Source: Fervidobacterium sp.
GTDB taxonomy: Bacteria; Thermotogota; Thermotogae; Thermotogales; Fervidobacteriaceae
Length of the DNA stretch: 64,000 bases
Assembly: GCA_049970055.1 (NCBI GenBank)
Contig: JBMFNR010000003.1
Location: 128,001-192,000 of the forward strand
Direction: 5' to 3'
The position numbers were made by a program, and so were the translations under genes. Below are positions 9,815 through 17,643 of the stretch, one piece after another; the stretch's first letter is position 1, and the number at the start of each line of letters is the position of its first letter. The notes beneath the pieces are model-generated. The model saw only the letters and a program-made list of their open reading frames with translations, was not told the origin of the DNA and did not search any database.

Positions 9815-10651
9815 TTACAATCTCTTAACTACTTCTGCTAAAACTTTGGCAATCATCTGCCCAGTTTTGTGTGCGACTTCCAATACTTCTTCTGCAGTAA
9901 GTGGTTTTAGATCGTCCGGAACGGCTCTGTCTGTAATAGCTGAAATCGCAAGTACTTTCGTACCACCATGGACAGCAGCTATGACCTCAGGTACAGTTGA
10001 CATTCCAACGGCATCTGCTCCCATCCATCTTAACATTCTAAGTTCAGCAGGGGTTTCAAAGTTTGGACCTGCAACGGCAACGTAGACTCCTTCGTACATA
10101 TGGATATTTAGCTGTGCGGCAACTTGTTTTGCGAGCTCTCTTAGCGATTTATCGTATGCATTTGACATATCTGGGAACCTTGGTCCCCATTTATCTACAT
10201 TTGGTCCTATAAGCGGATTGTCCCCCATCATATTTATGTGGTCTGAAATAATCATAGGTCTTCCAACCTCAAAATCCGGGTTCAAGCCACCCGCAGCGTT
10301 GGTTAGAAAAAGATACTTGACCCCAAGCTGTTGCATTACTCTTACACCAAATGTTACGTCTCGCATATGATAGCCTTCATAGTAATGGAATCTTCCGTTC
10401 ATTAGAACAACATTTTTGCTATTCAACTTTCCGAAGATAAGTTCGCCTTTGTGGCCAGGAGCCGTTGAAACTGGAAACTCCGGAATGTCTTTGTAGGCTA
10501 TTCTTATCGGTTGTTCAACGCTATCAGCTATACCGTGCAACCCAGAACCAAGAACAATACACACTTCTGGGAGATCTGAAATCTTTCCTTTGATAAAATC
10601 CGATGCTTTTCTGACTCTCTCCACATAGTTTTCAATATCACTGTGTTCCAT
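9815..10651 (-). CDS. punA: Purine nucleoside phosphorylase (trimeric/PNP-I family)
   Basis: [41 protein letters not shown] and [12 protein letters not shown] motifs. Confidence 0.92.
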   Translation of the reverse strand: MEHSDIENYVERVRKASDFIKGKISDLPEVCIVLGSGLHGIADSVEQPIRIAYKDIPEFPVSTAPGHKGELIFGKLNSKNVVLMNGRFHYYEGYHMRDVTFGVRVMQQLGVKYLFLTNAAGGLNPDFEVGRPMIISDHINMMGDNPLIGPNVDKWGPRFPDMSNAYDKSLRELAKQVAAQLNIHMYEGVYVAVAGPNFETPAELRMLRWMGADAVGMSTVPEVIAAVHGGTKVLAISAITDRAVPDDLKPLTAEEVLEVAHKTGQMIAKVLAEVVKRL

Positions 10652-10685
10652 AATCTTACCTCCTTTATTGTTTGGTAAATTTCGG

Positions 10686-11456
10686 TTATATTATATATCT
10701 TATGTACCTTCTTAAGAATACACTTACAAATATCGTTCCAATCAAAAGTAACGTAGAGATAGCATTTATGACGGGAGAAATACCAAATCGGACCATGGAA
10801 AATATTTGCAATGGCAGCGTTGTTGAACCTGGGCCTGCTACAAAGAACGTAATTACAAAATCATCGATTGATAGCGTAAAAGCCATAAAAAATGCAGCCA
10901 CTATTCCCGGAAATGCGATTGGTACGATTACTTTTCTTAATGCAGTAAAACGTGTTGCTCCCAAATCATAAGAAGCTTCTATTATACTTTTATCAAAATT
11001 CTCAAGTCTTGTCAAAATTATCATCATTGTGTAAGGTATGGAAAAGGTTACATGGGATATGAAAATTGTGAATAAACTGAGTTTGATTTTTATTGACGTA
11101 AAGAACACAAGTAATGAAACTCCAATAATAATGTCCGGAATAATGAACGGTATATAGGTTGTGGTCCAGAGAATCTTTCTGAAAGGTTTTGAACCAAGAT
11201 ACATTGATATCGCTCCAAATGTACCAATCATTACCGAAACTGTGCTTGCTGAAACACCAACAATCAGGGAATTTAGAAATGTTTTCCATATATGTGCGGA
11301 TGACGTAAAAAGTTGAAAGTACCATTTAAAACTGAAACCAGTCCATTGGGGAGATTTTGAGGAATTAAACGAAAATATCACCAAAACAATTATTGGTAAA
11401 TAAAAGAATACCAATGTAATTATCAAGATGAATTTTGAGAAATTACCTGGCTTCAC
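10686..11456 (-). CDS. potC: Spermidine/putrescine ABC transporter permease PotC
   Basis: FSFN..W.GFS..WY start; EAA loop IIEASYDLGA; FTLSIDDFVIT and STTLPLQI. Confidence 0.9.
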   Translation of the reverse strand: MKPGNFSKFILIITLVFFYLPIIVLVIFSFNSSKSPQWTGFSFKWYFQLFTSSAHIWKTFLNSLIVGVSASTVSVMIGTFGAISMYLGSKPFRKILWTTTYIPFIIPDIIIGVSLLVFFTSIKIKLSLFTIFISHVTFSIPYTMMIILTRLENFDKSIIEASYDLGATRFTALRKVIVPIAFPGIVAAFFMAFTLSIDDFVITFFVAGPGSTTLPLQIFSMVRFGISPVINAISTLLLIGTIFVSVFLRRYIRYII

Positions 11457-12285
11457 GCTTTCCGCCCCCGTATATGAATAAAATAACAGCTACTATAGTC
11501 ATTATTAGAAGGACTGAGGAAATTGCTGCAGCTGCAGGCCAGTTTTTTGCAGTTGTTAATTGTCTTGCTATTTCATTACCTATCAATCGTGAGTTTTTAC
11601 CTCCAACGAGCTCCGGTACAGCATATGTTCCAAGCGAAGGAATAAAAACAAAAACAAACGACGATATTATACCTTGTTTAATGTTCGGCAGTAGAACTTT
11701 GAAAAACACTTGCCTTTTTGTACATCCCAAGTCCATCGCCGCTTCAAATATCTGCTTTTCGAGTCTTTCTATTGAAGAGTACAAAGGCAATATTGCAAAT
11801 GGTAGGTAAGTGTAGACAAGCACCAGAATTACCGCAAAGTTGTTGTACATGAACTTAATGGGCTCTGTTATATAACCAAGGTTTAACAGTGTTTGATTTA
11901 TCAACCCATTGTTTCCGAGAATAAAGATCCATGCATAGATCCTTATCAACGAATTAGTCCAGAAAGGTATTATAACAAGTAATAACCAAAAATTCTTCAG
12001 TTTGCTGTAAGCGATAGAATATGCAACGGGTATTGCTATCAGTATGGAGATCGTAGATGATATAAAAGAAACAACGGCAGTCCTCAAAAAGACTGTTAAA
12101 TAATTGATATTAAGTATATCTTTGTAACCTTGTAAAGAAAATTTGAATATTACGCCTCCCTGAAAATCCCTTGTAAAAAAACTGAAAGCGAGAATTACGA
12201 GAACAGGAATAAGAAAGAAAAGTAAAAGCCATCCAAGATAAAAGTATCCGTAAAGCTCAAAACTTTTTAAAATCTTTGACTTCAA
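11443..12285 (-). CDS. potB: Spermidine/putrescine ABC transporter permease PotB
   Basis: IPFWTNSLIRIYAW, YTYLPFAILPLY, EAAMDLGC and FIPSLG motifs. Confidence 0.9.
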   Translation of the reverse strand: MKSKILKSFELYGYFYLGWLLLFFLIPVLVILAFSFFTRDFQGGVIFKFSLQGYKDILNINYLTVFLRTAVVSFISSTISILIAIPVAYSIAYSKLKNFWLLLVIIPFWTNSLIRIYAWIFILGNNGLINQTLLNLGYITEPIKFMYNNFAVILVLVYTYLPFAILPLYSSIERLEKQIFEAAMDLGCTKRQVFFKVLLPNIKQGIISSFVFVFIPSLGTYAVPELVGGKNSRLIGNEIARQLTTAKNWPAAAAISSVLLIMTIVAVILFIYGGGKREAR

Positions 12286-13406
12286 TCTCTTTCTACCTCC
12301 ACAATGAAACTGTCGTCGGGATTCCAGTACAAAAATACTTTATCTTTCCATTGAATAATTTTTTCATCTAAAAGGTAACTCACATGTTGCTTATAAACTC
12401 TTAATATGTAACCATTATCAGTCTTAACAAAGTATTTTGTTTGATACCCCATGTATATGGTTTCATCAACGATACCATGTACTACGTTAGCTGGTAGCGT
12501 TTCTGATAGTTGAGGTTTGGTATGCGTGATCCTTATTTTCTCGGGCCTAAGGGTTACAAGCACATCATCATTTTCCCTAACAGGCTTATCTTTGTAGCAA
12601 ACAATTTCACCGAGTGATGGAAATTCTATTAGGACATAATTTTCTGAAAGTTCTTTTTTAACAGTGCCTTTCATAAGGTTACTTTCACCGATAAACGTAG
12701 CAACGAATGAGTTTGCAGGGCTCTCATAAACTTCATATGGTGTCCCATATTGAACGATTACACCATTGTTCATAACTGCAACATGGTCTGAAACACTGAT
12801 AGCTTCTGACTGGTCATGAGTCACGTAAATGAAGGTTATCCCAACCTTATCGTGAAGATTGTCAAGTTCAATCAAGAGCTCCTGTCTTAATTTAGCATCT
12901 AACGCACTTACTGGTTCGTCAAGTAGGAGCACTTTTGGCCCGTTTGCAAGGGCTCGGGCAAGTGATACTCTTTGCTTTTGTCCACCGGACAGTTGTGAAG
13001 GTTTCTTTCGTGCATGTTCTTCGAGTCTAACCAAATTCAATAACCATTCCACTTTTTCTTTTATTTCGTGCTCGCTCAATTTTTTAAGTCTCAGCGGAAA
13101 AGCAATATTTTCATATACCGTAAGGTGTGGGAAAAGCGCATAATTTTGGAATATGGTATTCACTGGTCTCAAATTTGGTGGAAGCATGAGAATACTTTTA
13201 CCGTCGAGAAGTACATCTCCATCATCGACCTCTTCAAGACCTGCGATTATCCGCAAAAGTGTAGTTTTACCACATCCAGATGGGCCAAGAAGTGAAAAAA
13301 ATTCGTTCTCTTTGATTTCCAAATTAACATTTTTTAATACGTGGAAATCATCATAATACTTGTCAACATTTACTATGCTTACACTACTTCCAGGCAATTC
13401 TTTCAC
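12282..13406 (-). CDS. potA: Spermidine/putrescine ABC transporter ATPase PotA
   Basis: GPSGCGKTT, RPVNTIFQNYALFPHL, LSGGQKQR, GITFIYVTHDQSEA; TOBE-like C-terminus. Confidence 0.92.
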   Translation of the reverse strand: MKELPGSSVSIVNVDKYYDDFHVLKNVNLEIKENEFFSLLGPSGCGKTTLLRIIAGLEEVDDGDVLLDGKSILMLPPNLRPVNTIFQNYALFPHLTVYENIAFPLRLKKLSEHEIKEKVEWLLNLVRLEEHARKKPSQLSGGQKQRVSLARALANGPKVLLLDEPVSALDAKLRQELLIELDNLHDKVGITFIYVTHDQSEAISVSDHVAVMNNGVIVQYGTPYEVYESPANSFVATFIGESNLMKGTVKKELSENYVLIEFPSLGEIVCYKDKPVRENDDVLVTLRPEKIRITHTKPQLSETLPANVVHGIVDETIYMGYQTKYFVKTDNGYILRVYKQHVSYLLDEKIIQWKDKVFLYWNPDDSFIVEVERD

Positions 13407-13448
13407 TCCCTAGTATTTTTTTGCACACGCAATGTTCTTAAAACGCTC

Positions 13449-13673
13449 TTACAATCCAAACATGTAAAGTAAAGCCAGAAAGAATACTACAATCAAAGTC
13501 ATAGAAATAGTCAGAAAAACATAAGAAAGTGAAAATGAAGCAAATATGTGGAATACCAAAGTGAAAGTGAAAAATATATTTGCATATCTCATCTTCAAAG
13601 GTAATATTTTCACACCAATGTAAACTAAAAAAAGAAATCCAATAGTTATGAGCAAAATCTTCAAATGAAACAC
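13449..13673 (-). CDS. Small hydrophobic membrane protein, hypothetical
   Basis: 74-aa ORF with about 3 hydrophobic segments that fills the gap between co-oriented genes; weak SD. Confidence 0.45.
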   Translation of the reverse strand: MFHLKILLITIGFLFLVYIGVKILPLKMRYANIFFTFTLVFHIFASFSLSYVFLTISMTLIVVFFLALLYMFGL

Positions 13674-13695
13674 CCCCGGTAATTTGTAAAATTTT

Positions 13696-14304
13696 TTATA
13701 AATGGAACGTATAATTCAGAAATTTCACTCGGATCCTCCCATTTGTTATTTCTAAACCAGATATAGAAGCATTATCTAACGAAAAGTTTAAGTGATTAGG
13801 TGGATAAAGATTCAATACCTTGATGATAAGCATTCTCAAAGTAATTGCGTGCGAAACGATTATAACATTTTTGCCTGCATTTTGAACAAGTTTTTCCTGT
13901 AGAAATTCAAACACCCTATTTTGAACACTTCCAAGAGATTCTACACCCTGTATGTTTGAATACAATGTTGTTTGCCATATTTTAAATTCTTCACTATATT
14001 TGTTTGTAATTTCATCAATTGTCTTACCATTCCATAGCACTACTTCACATTCTCTTAATCGAGGATCTAAGTAAATCTTCTCATCATCGTAACCAAAAGT
14101 GGAAGCTATTAATTTAGCAGTTTGAAATGCTCTTTTCATAGGACTGGAATAGATTATATCTACCGAAATGTTTTGTGATTTGAAAAACTTACCTATCTTT
14201 GTTGCTTGTTCGATACCTTTACTGGAGAGTTCAGTATCAACAACACCTTGCCAAAGCTGCATTTCGTTCCATGATGTCATACCATGCCTAACGAGATATA
14301 TCAC
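13696..14304 (-). CDS. Histidine phosphatase (phosphoglycerate mutase family)
   Basis: IYLVRHG, YSSPMKRAFQTA, LRECE, IVSHA and DNASIS motifs. Confidence 0.9.
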   Translation of the reverse strand: MIYLVRHGMTSWNEMQLWQGVVDTELSSKGIEQATKIGKFFKSQNISVDIIYSSPMKRAFQTAKLIASTFGYDDEKIYLDPRLRECEVVLWNGKTIDEITNKYSEEFKIWQTTLYSNIQGVESLGSVQNRVFEFLQEKLVQNAGKNVIIVSHAITLRMLIIKVLNLYPPNHLNFSLDNASISGLEITNGRIRVKFLNYTFHL

Positions 14305-15226
14305 GATGTACTACCCCTTTACCAGCCAAAATATCGAAAAATTCCTCAAATTCTCTTGTAAGTTCATCAATACTTTTGATTCTCACTGCCTTTTCTCTGA
14401 ATTCACGCGCACCTGGCAAGTTTTTTGTGTAACCAGCTACAAATTTTCTAAAAACCACAGCACCATAGTTTTTGTACTCATCGTAAAGATAGTTTAAGTG
14501 TCTTTTTATAACCTTCATTCTTTCTTCGTAACTTGGATTCTCCACATCGCTAAATATCCATGGGTTCCCTATGCTTCCCCTCGCTATTATTGCTCCTTTT
14601 GCCCCACTTTCCTCAATGGCATTGTGCACATCGATTTTCGTGTATAAATCACCACTGATATATAAAGGGACAAGCTGTGGGTTATATATCTTCCATTTTG
14701 CCTTACCGGAATACATTTGTTTCGCAGTCCTACCATGTACAAAAATAGCGTCTACCCTTTCCTCTACTAGGATATTGTATATTTTCTCAAAGTCATCATT
14801 TTCCCATCCAAGGCGCGTCTTTACTGTAAAATGCTTCAGTACATTCCTCATTGCTCTAACAATTCGTCTAAATTTACTTAAATCTCTTAGTAACCCACTA
14901 CCGGCACCTTTTTTTACAACTTTGTTAACTGGACACCCAGCATTCAAATCAACCCACAAACCTTTTTCCTGAACAATTGCGGCTGCTTCCGCCAGTTCCG
15001 CGGGGTCTGAGCCAAACAATTGGATACCTACTCTATTTCTCTCTTCTTCTTTTGGAAAATAGTGGTTATTAATTTCAATGTTCAAAAGAATACTTTTAGC
15101 ACTTATCATCTCAGTGAAGGCAAATTGAGCTCCGCTTTCAAAACAAATCTTCCTAAACGAACAATCTGTAATACCAGCCATTGGTGCTAAACCAATCTTA
15201 CCTGGAAAGAAGGTATTAGTATCCAT
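14288..15226 (-). CDS. dus: tRNA-dihydrouridine synthase
   Basis: LAPMAGITD, IQLFGSDP, DLNAGCPVNKV, VHGRT and ARGSIGNPW; start placed at ATG 15226 behind SD GGAGG. Confidence 0.92.
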   Translation of the reverse strand: MDTNTFFPGKIGLAPMAGITDCSFRKICFESGAQFAFTEMISAKSILLNIEINNHYFPKEEERNRVGIQLFGSDPAELAEAAAIVQEKGLWVDLNAGCPVNKVVKKGAGSGLLRDLSKFRRIVRAMRNVLKHFTVKTRLGWENDDFEKIYNILVEERVDAIFVHGRTAKQMYSGKAKWKIYNPQLVPLYISGDLYTKIDVHNAIEESGAKGAIIARGSIGNPWIFSDVENPSYEERMKVIKRHLNYLYDEYKNYGAVVFRKFVAGYTKNLPGAREFREKAVRIKSIDELTREFEEFFDILAGKGVVHRDISR

Positions 15227-15230
15227 TTTG

Positions 15231-15848
15231 TTACCCTCCAAACTTACTATAGACATTCACAACATCGTTGGTTATTGAATCATCAACAAGACCAATTACA
15301 TTTTTGCCCGTCTTAATTCTCTCTCGTATCTCAGATGATGAAACTTCAACAATGGGAAAGTTCGTTAATTCTAGTACATTTGAGTAAAGTCTTCCTAGTA
15401 CCTTTCTTCCTCTTTCATACAGACTTCCGTCTTTTGTTCTCGGATAAATAGCGAACGTTGTTGTACTTAGCAACTGTTCATACATATACCATTTCTCAAT
15501 GTTACCAAGTGCATCTTCGCCGACCAAGATTATCACATTACTGTAATAATTTCTTATGTATTCCACATTTTTTATCGCATAGTTAATTCCCTTGATGTGT
15601 TTTTCGAGGTCCCAGATAAAAATAGGATTTTTTTGATAATCTCTAAATTTGTCGAAGCTTTTGACGACCCATTCAAAACGTTTTTCAAACGAGACATCTA
15701 CACTTTTATGTGGTGGTGTTTTTGTTGGTAAAACATAAAAGTCCGCATTAAAGTAATCAAGAGCATATGAGAACACTACAATATGCCCAACATGTGGTGG
15801 GTTGAACGATCCTCCAAAGATCACGCAAGAACTATTCTTTGAATACAA
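15231..15848 (-). CDS. nadD: Nicotinate-nucleotide adenylyltransferase
   Basis: IFGGSFNPPHVGH, PPHK, VGED..W and VSSSEIRERI; start placed at TTG 15848 behind SD AAGGAG. Confidence 0.9.
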   Translation of the reverse strand: MYSKNSSCVIFGGSFNPPHVGHIVVFSYALDYFNADFYVLPTKTPPHKSVDVSFEKRFEWVVKSFDKFRDYQKNPIFIWDLEKHIKGINYAIKNVEYIRNYYSNVIILVGEDALGNIEKWYMYEQLLSTTTFAIYPRTKDGSLYERGRKVLGRLYSNVLELTNFPIVEVSSSEIRERIKTGKNVIGLVDDSITNDVVNVYSKFGG

Positions 15849-17157
15849 ATTCAGCTCCTTCAACCCAAACAGTATCTCCATCTTTTGCACCAGCTTTCTT
15901 CAATTTATCATCTAACCCGTTTTTTTGGAGAATTTCAAGTATATCTTCAAGCATGAATTTTGCATCCATTTTATACTTATTCAAATACTGGCTTATATAT
16001 GTACTCTCCACCACAAAATCTCCTTTATCATTTCTTTTTATGCTGATATCTACTTTTGCAGGTAATGTTAACCTCACTGGTGCTGGTCTTTCAAACTGTA
16101 TCTTTGAAATATCAATTGTTCCACCATACTTTTTTTTGCTTTCCTTTACAAGATTCCACATTGACAACTTTAACTCATCTAATCCCCAACCTGTTATTGC
16201 CGAAACAGGAAGTACATTTTTCCCAGTTTCTCTTAAAAATCTCTCCATCGTATTTTTTAGATTGTCTTCGTCTAACAAATCCATTTTGTTCCCAATGACT
16301 ATTTCTTGCTTTACGGCTAGGTCTTTACTGAAGAATTCTAATTCTTTTCGTATATCGAGGTAATCTTGTATGGGATCTCTATTCTCACTACCAGCAATAT
16401 CTAAAACATGAACGATCACACTACATCTCTCTACATGTTTCAAAAACACATTACCAAGGCCCTTGCCTTCGCTTGCACCTTTAATCAATCCTGGTATGTC
16501 AGCAACTACAAAAGATGTTTCTGGTGTTCCATCTATCGAAACAACACCTAAGTTTGGAATGAGCGTTGTAAAATGGTAATTTGCAACTTTCGGCCTTGCA
16601 TTACTTATTCGTGATATAATAGAGCTCTTTCCAACGTTAGGATAACCGACTAATCCAACGTCCGCAAGTAATTTTAACTCTAAAAGTAGATGTTTTTCTT
16701 CACCTTTTGCACCCTGCTCTGCAAATTTTGGTGCTTGATTTGTTGAGGATTTAAAGTGTGTATTCCCCCTTCCTCCCTTTCCACCTCGTGCCACGCAGCA
16801 ATACTTTCCAGGTTCATCAAGATCGGCGATGATTTCTCCGGCCTCGTAATCCTTAACGATAGTTCCGACTGGAACTCTAATTACCAGATCTTCTCCATCT
16901 TTGCCGTTTTGTTTCTTACTTCTACCATTTTGGGCATTTTGTGCAACGTAACGTTTTTTTTCCGTAAGGTGATACAAAGTGGAAAGAGTAGGATCGGCTA
17001 TCAGAAAAACGTAACCACCATTTCCTCCATCGCCACCATCTGGTCCTCCAAATGGTATGTATTTCTCCCTTCTAAAAGTAACTGCACCATTTCCACCATC
17101 ACCGGCTTTAACGTAAATATCCACAACATCTATGAATTCAATCAGTTCCATAAGCAA
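15832..17157 (-). CDS. obgE: GTPase ObgE/CgtA
   Basis: FRREKYIPFGGPDGGDGG, GYPNVGKS, DIPGLIKGASEGKGLG, NKMD; C-terminal GAKDGDTV (OCT) domain. Confidence 0.97.
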   Translation of the reverse strand: MLMELIEFIDVVDIYVKAGDGGNGAVTFRREKYIPFGGPDGGDGGNGGYVFLIADPTLSTLYHLTEKKRYVAQNAQNGRSKKQNGKDGEDLVIRVPVGTIVKDYEAGEIIADLDEPGKYCCVARGGKGGRGNTHFKSSTNQAPKFAEQGAKGEEKHLLLELKLLADVGLVGYPNVGKSSIISRISNARPKVANYHFTTLIPNLGVVSIDGTPETSFVVADIPGLIKGASEGKGLGNVFLKHVERCSVIVHVLDIAGSENRDPIQDYLDIRKELEFFSKDLAVKQEIVIGNKMDLLDEDNLKNTMERFLRETGKNVLPVSAITGWGLDELKLSMWNLVKESKKKYGGTIDISKIQFERPAPVRLTLPAKVDISIKRNDKGDFVVESTYISQYLNKYKMDAKFMLEDILEILQKNGLDDKLKKAGAKDGDTVWVEGAEFVFKE

Positions 17158-17187
17158 ATCACCTCTTTATATTATTATACCAGAACC

Positions 17188-17220
17188 AAAAATATAGGGA
17201 CCCACATTTTACAGGGTCCC
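17188..17220 (-). terminator. Terminator downstream of the tRNA pair
   Basis: GGGACCC-N10-GGGTCCC (17197-17220) followed on the minus strand by TATATTTTT. Confidence 0.65.
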
Positions 17221-17268
17221 ACCAGCTTTTCTTACGCTTGAGTAACTTTATTCACTGGATAAGTTCAT

Positions 17269-17344
17269 TGGAGCCAGCGGAGGGACTCGAACCCTCAACC
17301 TGCGCATTACGAATGCGTCGCTCTACCGGTTGAGCTACGCTGGC
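17269..17344 (-). tRNA. tRNA-Thr(CGT)
   Basis: GCCAGCG...CGCTGGC-T-CCA acceptor stem, anticodon loop TTCGTAA, T-loop GGTTCGAGTCC; 76 nt. Confidence 0.95.
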
Positions 17345-17366
17345 AACATGAAATACCGGCGATCAG

Positions 17367-17396
17367 ATGATAACTGAAGTTAACCGAATATGTAAA
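17367..17396 (-). promoter_or_regulatory. Putative internal promoter for tRNA-Thr
   Basis: TTTACA-N18-TATCAT followed by CTGATCGC. Confidence 0.45.
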
Positions 17397-17401
17397 AAAA
17401 C

Positions 17402-17477
17402 TGGTGGCGGCGAAGGGACTCGAACCCTTGACACGATGATTATGAATCATCTGCTCTAGCCACTGAGCTACGCCGCC
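17402..17477 (-). tRNA. tRNA with CAT anticodon, probably elongator tRNA-Met (Ile2 not excluded)
   Basis: GGCGGCG...CGCCGCC-A-CCA; anticodon arm GATGA-TTCATAA-TCATC; paired 1:72 and no three G:C pairs in the anticodon stem, so not an initiator. Confidence 0.93.
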
Positions 17478-17495
17478 ACTTTTTACAGCGATCAG

Positions 17496-17524
17496 ATTTT
17501 ATCATATGATTTTTTGCCTGTCAA
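17496..17524 (-). promoter_or_regulatory. Sigma70 promoter for tRNA-Met
   Basis: TTGACA-N17-TAAAAT with an extended TG. Confidence 0.8.
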
Positions 17525-17643
17525 GGATAAAATTTTTATAAATTATATTGATTAGTTTCAAAAAGTTTGTGCTATAATTATTAGCTATATCGATGTTTTT
17601 CAAACGTACAACTATGTTAAATGATTCCAAAGGAGGAGAAGGT

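Noticed and set aside
17269..17592. tRNA genes as integration sites for an island
   Set aside because: No integrase, no duplicated tRNA 3' end and no obvious compositional shift nearby; the same holds for tRNA-Arg
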